DNA from: an uncultured Clostridia bacterium
GTDB taxonomy: Bacteria > Bacillota > Clostridia > TANB77 > CAG-508
Reading direction: 5' to 3'
DNA: 64,000 nucleotides
NCBI GenBank assembly: GCA_947623725.1
Contig: CANQHI010000002.1
Span: 7,296-71,295 of the forward strand
Shown here: piece by piece, positions 63,301-64,000 of the stretch
Numbering within the stretch: the first letter of the stretch is position 1
Layout: each line of letters begins with the position of its first letter
The notes under the pieces: model-generated
What the model was told of the DNA's origin: nothing
The model's input: the letters and a program-made list of their open reading frames with translations, nothing else
Databases searched by the model: none
Position numbers and translations under genes: made by a program

Positions 63301-64000
63301 GTAGATCAGAAGAAGAGTATATTACATGTTTTGGATTAGGATATGCAAAATTTATATTAGATAATGGAATTTATCAAGAATGTATACAATATGTACCAAT
63401 TAATGATAATTGTAAGGTAAGTATTATAAAATTAAAAAATAATTATGAAAAAGAAATTTTGTTAAAAATAAAATATGATTTAGATTTGCAAATTGGAGAA
63501 AGAAATTCTGACAAAAGATTTTTAAACAGTATATTTAAAGAAAGCTTAAATATGAAATTGATAAAAAATCTAAAGAATCCATCTGAATTCATTTATATAA
63601 CAAGTAGTGAAAAAATAAATGAGTTAAATGAGGTCATTATAAATTTAAAACCTGATGAAGAAAAAGAGGTAGTTTTTGTTATTGGTGCAGAAGAAACAGA
63701 AATGAAATGTCTAGATAAAGGAACAAAATATATAACGAATTATAATGATGAATTAAAAAATACAAAAAAATATTGGAGAGAAGAAACAAGTAAATTAACA
63801 AGTAAAACACCTTTAAAAAGTTTTGATATTATGCAAAATAATTGGCTAGTTTACCAATCACTTGCATCAAGAATGTATGGAAAAAGTGGATTTTATCAAG
63901 CAAGTGGTGGCTATGGATTTAGGGATCAGTTACAAGATAGCTTAGGAATGAAATATGTAGATATAAACATTTTGAAAGAGCAAATATTAATGTGCGCAAA
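57324..64000 (+). CDS. Cyclic beta-1,2-glucan synthase-like multidomain protein (NdvB/ChvB/Cgs family: N-terminal domain, TM region, GT84 glycosyltransferase, GH94-like C-terminal domain); 3' end beyond the window
   Basis: One continuous frame from ATG 57324 to the window end. HPAGEWILDNFYIIE N-domain. TM cluster around 58500-58650. GT motifs DFDTNLVMD and KHRWIRGD (QxxRW-like). WERKRG. GH94-like LSWGGTAFEYLMP. Confidence 0.75.
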   Translation, partial: MNKNLYTKEAILNKKELENYLAKLASDNIVENSSSKDTYPIPRMKENCKYISLVYTLLNEHIKLGIPIHPAGEWILDNFYIIERVVKTIEKGLSIKDYTNLPGLSNSGFARIFVLANEIVSNTDAKIEQDDIKDYLSAYQTQKSLTMKEIWQVPYFLQICIIEKIRHICEKIFISQTEKYKVESMIKRIIEDKLGKSIKISVNGAYPFIEYMSYRLKRYGKDGIPYLEAFEEQVNKMGVTVSEVINREHFDIAVKKLSIKNSILSIRDISRMNMLTIFKEINVVENILNKDPAKVYPKMDFSSKDYYRNKISEIAEKTKISEIFIAEEILKLCKNNISEKSKKNNKNNSTEKNNKVNVISKKKSHVGYYLIDDGLNILINRLVGKKIKYISNDTKAKLYVFAIYLLTFVVTILLARVVGLLSIVLFIPVQNAVTQIIQYFLSKVIKPKHIPRIDLHDIDKENATMCAIPVALKSKEDVKEVFRKMEVYYLANKSENLFFTLLGDCSCSSMQEEQYDKEIIKEGVNCSKILNKKYGEIFFFIYRNREWIDSERCYMGWERKRGMLNQFNEFLITGNSKFGTNNCNIKKLPKIKYVITIDFDTNLVMDSAFKLIGTMAHILNKPEIDKIKNRVYKGYGIIQPRVDFDIANGRKTLFTRLMSGVSGTDVYANATYDIYQDTFDEGIFTGKGIYDLEVFYEVLKDSIPENIVLSHDLLEGSFLRCGLANDIFLIDGYPSTYNAYKIRKHRWIRGDLQIIRWLNSGLNFLSKYKILDNLVRNSNEIFIFLSLVIGMICISTAKIVIPLILLGMPTIIRLIDLFINKKSGVIKNKMFAQNFTEIEQTIYRYILDIILLPDTANVALNAFAKSFYRMKISHLHLLEWTTAKEAESTSKMGILNYYSSMIFSVIVGIFSIMYPFSLLWIFSPLIVYLMSRKEKENAEKISRENTKYLYNLGEKTWKYFKENMTNFLVNDNYQENRREKVLKRTSSTNIGLELLSIIASYDLGYETKEYVIDLIENVIKSIEVLPKWNGHLYNWYDTENLTPLYPLMVSTVDSGNFVGYLYTLKQFLIEEFEEILKQEINNKKTKNDQKQANVNEAKSNKQIDINKVKSSRQIDINKAKDNKQTDINELKDNKNYKIKLEGLIEKVDKLINDTDFSKLYDNSVGLFSIGFNCEENKLYDSYYDLLASESRQTTLIAIAKKDVPSKSWASLGRTLTALKGHIGLLSWGGTAFEYLMPNIIIPTYDSTLIDESCKLLILSQKEYANSLKIPWGISESSYSLKDFKGNYQYKTFGIPWLGLKRGLANEIVVSPYATVLSLTENPKDAIDNLKRLEKEGALGKYGFYDAIDYLPKKEIIQVFMAHHQGMILASIDNELKNNIFQKRFMKNPEMEGIKVLLQERVPANLIITKEKKEKAQKIKYKLYYEHSLRNTGVNVISTSKYTTINYQNGSETNLLDDNVLTNNNNIYIKDIDSKRVWSLVNSKIETSFKSYASEYKLENGNLKAIIKNTIVSDLHLEVKEIKISNKGLNDLNLEITTSAEPLLVNKNQYEAHPAFENMFIKFRKLDDKLVISRNRRLANDKSIFLVTTLYADEGSMEFEIDKEKFISRKNNRIPDSVSKSWPFSKKDGNVINPIIAMRRIINIKPNDTKKLYLISSAEYNENMAIKNVEEYENIQNLERVFELSKVQTEADMRYLGIKGDDVSVYQKMLKFLLIPNNIEIDDRNLSFDVSNEKIWKYGISGDFPIMLVLISDLNDYYVVKDVLKAYEYFRSKNIKTELVIISKFDIKENLEDSNIAQLLNKREGIFIIKDLSREDKKCLQARASLIIDAHNGALEKQVAELDDSIKSEIYPEISVNLTDETNQKANDEETKVINEKNLELYNGYGGFNNDGSEYWIIQNKDNRLPVAWSNILANKKFGSVVTDSMGGFMWYKNSRTNRITTFSNDSYMDRPSEKFILSIQKQGNKNAKKNKIDGSDITEWQSIKEWTLTFNDSRSEEEYITCFGLGYAKFILDNGIYQECIQYVPINDNCKVSIIKLKNNYEKEILLKIKYDLDLQIGERNSDKRFLNSIFKESLNMKLIKNLKNPSEFIYITSSEKINELNEVIINLKPDEEKEVVFVIGAEETEMKCLDKGTKYITNYNDELKNTKKYWREETSKLTSKTPLKSFDIMQNNWLVYQSLASRMYGKSGFYQASGGYGFRDQLQDSLGMKYVDINILKEQILMCA
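60614..60712 (+). repeat. Three tandem 33-nt repeats encoding (K/N)(S/D)NKQIDINK peptide units inside the glucan-synthase-like gene
   Basis: AAAGTAATAAACAAATTGATATAAATAAAGTA, AAAGTAGTAGACAAATTGATATAAATAAAGCA, AAAGATAATAAACAAACCGATATAAATGAATTA. Confidence 0.6.

Overview
This is a very AT-rich (~25% GC) Firmicutes/Clostridia-type chromosomal window. Sporulation markers are present: a partial spoIIR at the 5' edge, a YpeB-like germination protein and a standalone Spo0A-C-domain protein.

The conserved core reads: UDP-sugar pyrophosphorylase and phospho-sugar mutase, tRNA-Arg(CCU), tadA, tRNA-Ser(CGA), SRP RNA (ffs), dnaX, ybaB and recR, then ypeB-like, murF and ddl. These are followed by HD (YqeK-like) and DnaJ-domain proteins, prfA, zupT, a frameshifted pcrA, mecA-like, radC, mreBCD and PBP2.

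The accessory content is the interesting part.
- A three-gene operon encodes an orphan VirD4/TraG-family coupling ATPase. It is followed by an ~85-nt GC-rich double-hairpin island.
- A minus-strand defence-like island holds a standalone DUF4062-like protein, a DUF4062–coiled-coil–TPR giant protein split by a frameshift, an Abi_2 (AbiD/AbiF) abortive-infection protein, and a 4-TM protein with RCK-like domains.
- An SbcD/Mre11-like nuclease and a short membrane-hairpin SbcC/Rad50-like ATPase are separated by a ~1-kb A-rich non-coding tract.
- After PBP2 lies a convergent, type-I-toxin–antitoxin-like pair: a 37-aa hydrophobic peptide gene and a ~90-nt sRNA share a bidirectional terminator and have homologous promoters and 5' ends.
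- Two giant surface proteins with C-terminal TM anchors follow. The second is broken by a 13-bp tandem duplication in a Gly linker plus a further frameshift.
- The window ends inside a cyclic β-1,2-glucan synthase-like multidomain gene.

No CRISPR array, rRNA, transposase or integrase was seen.
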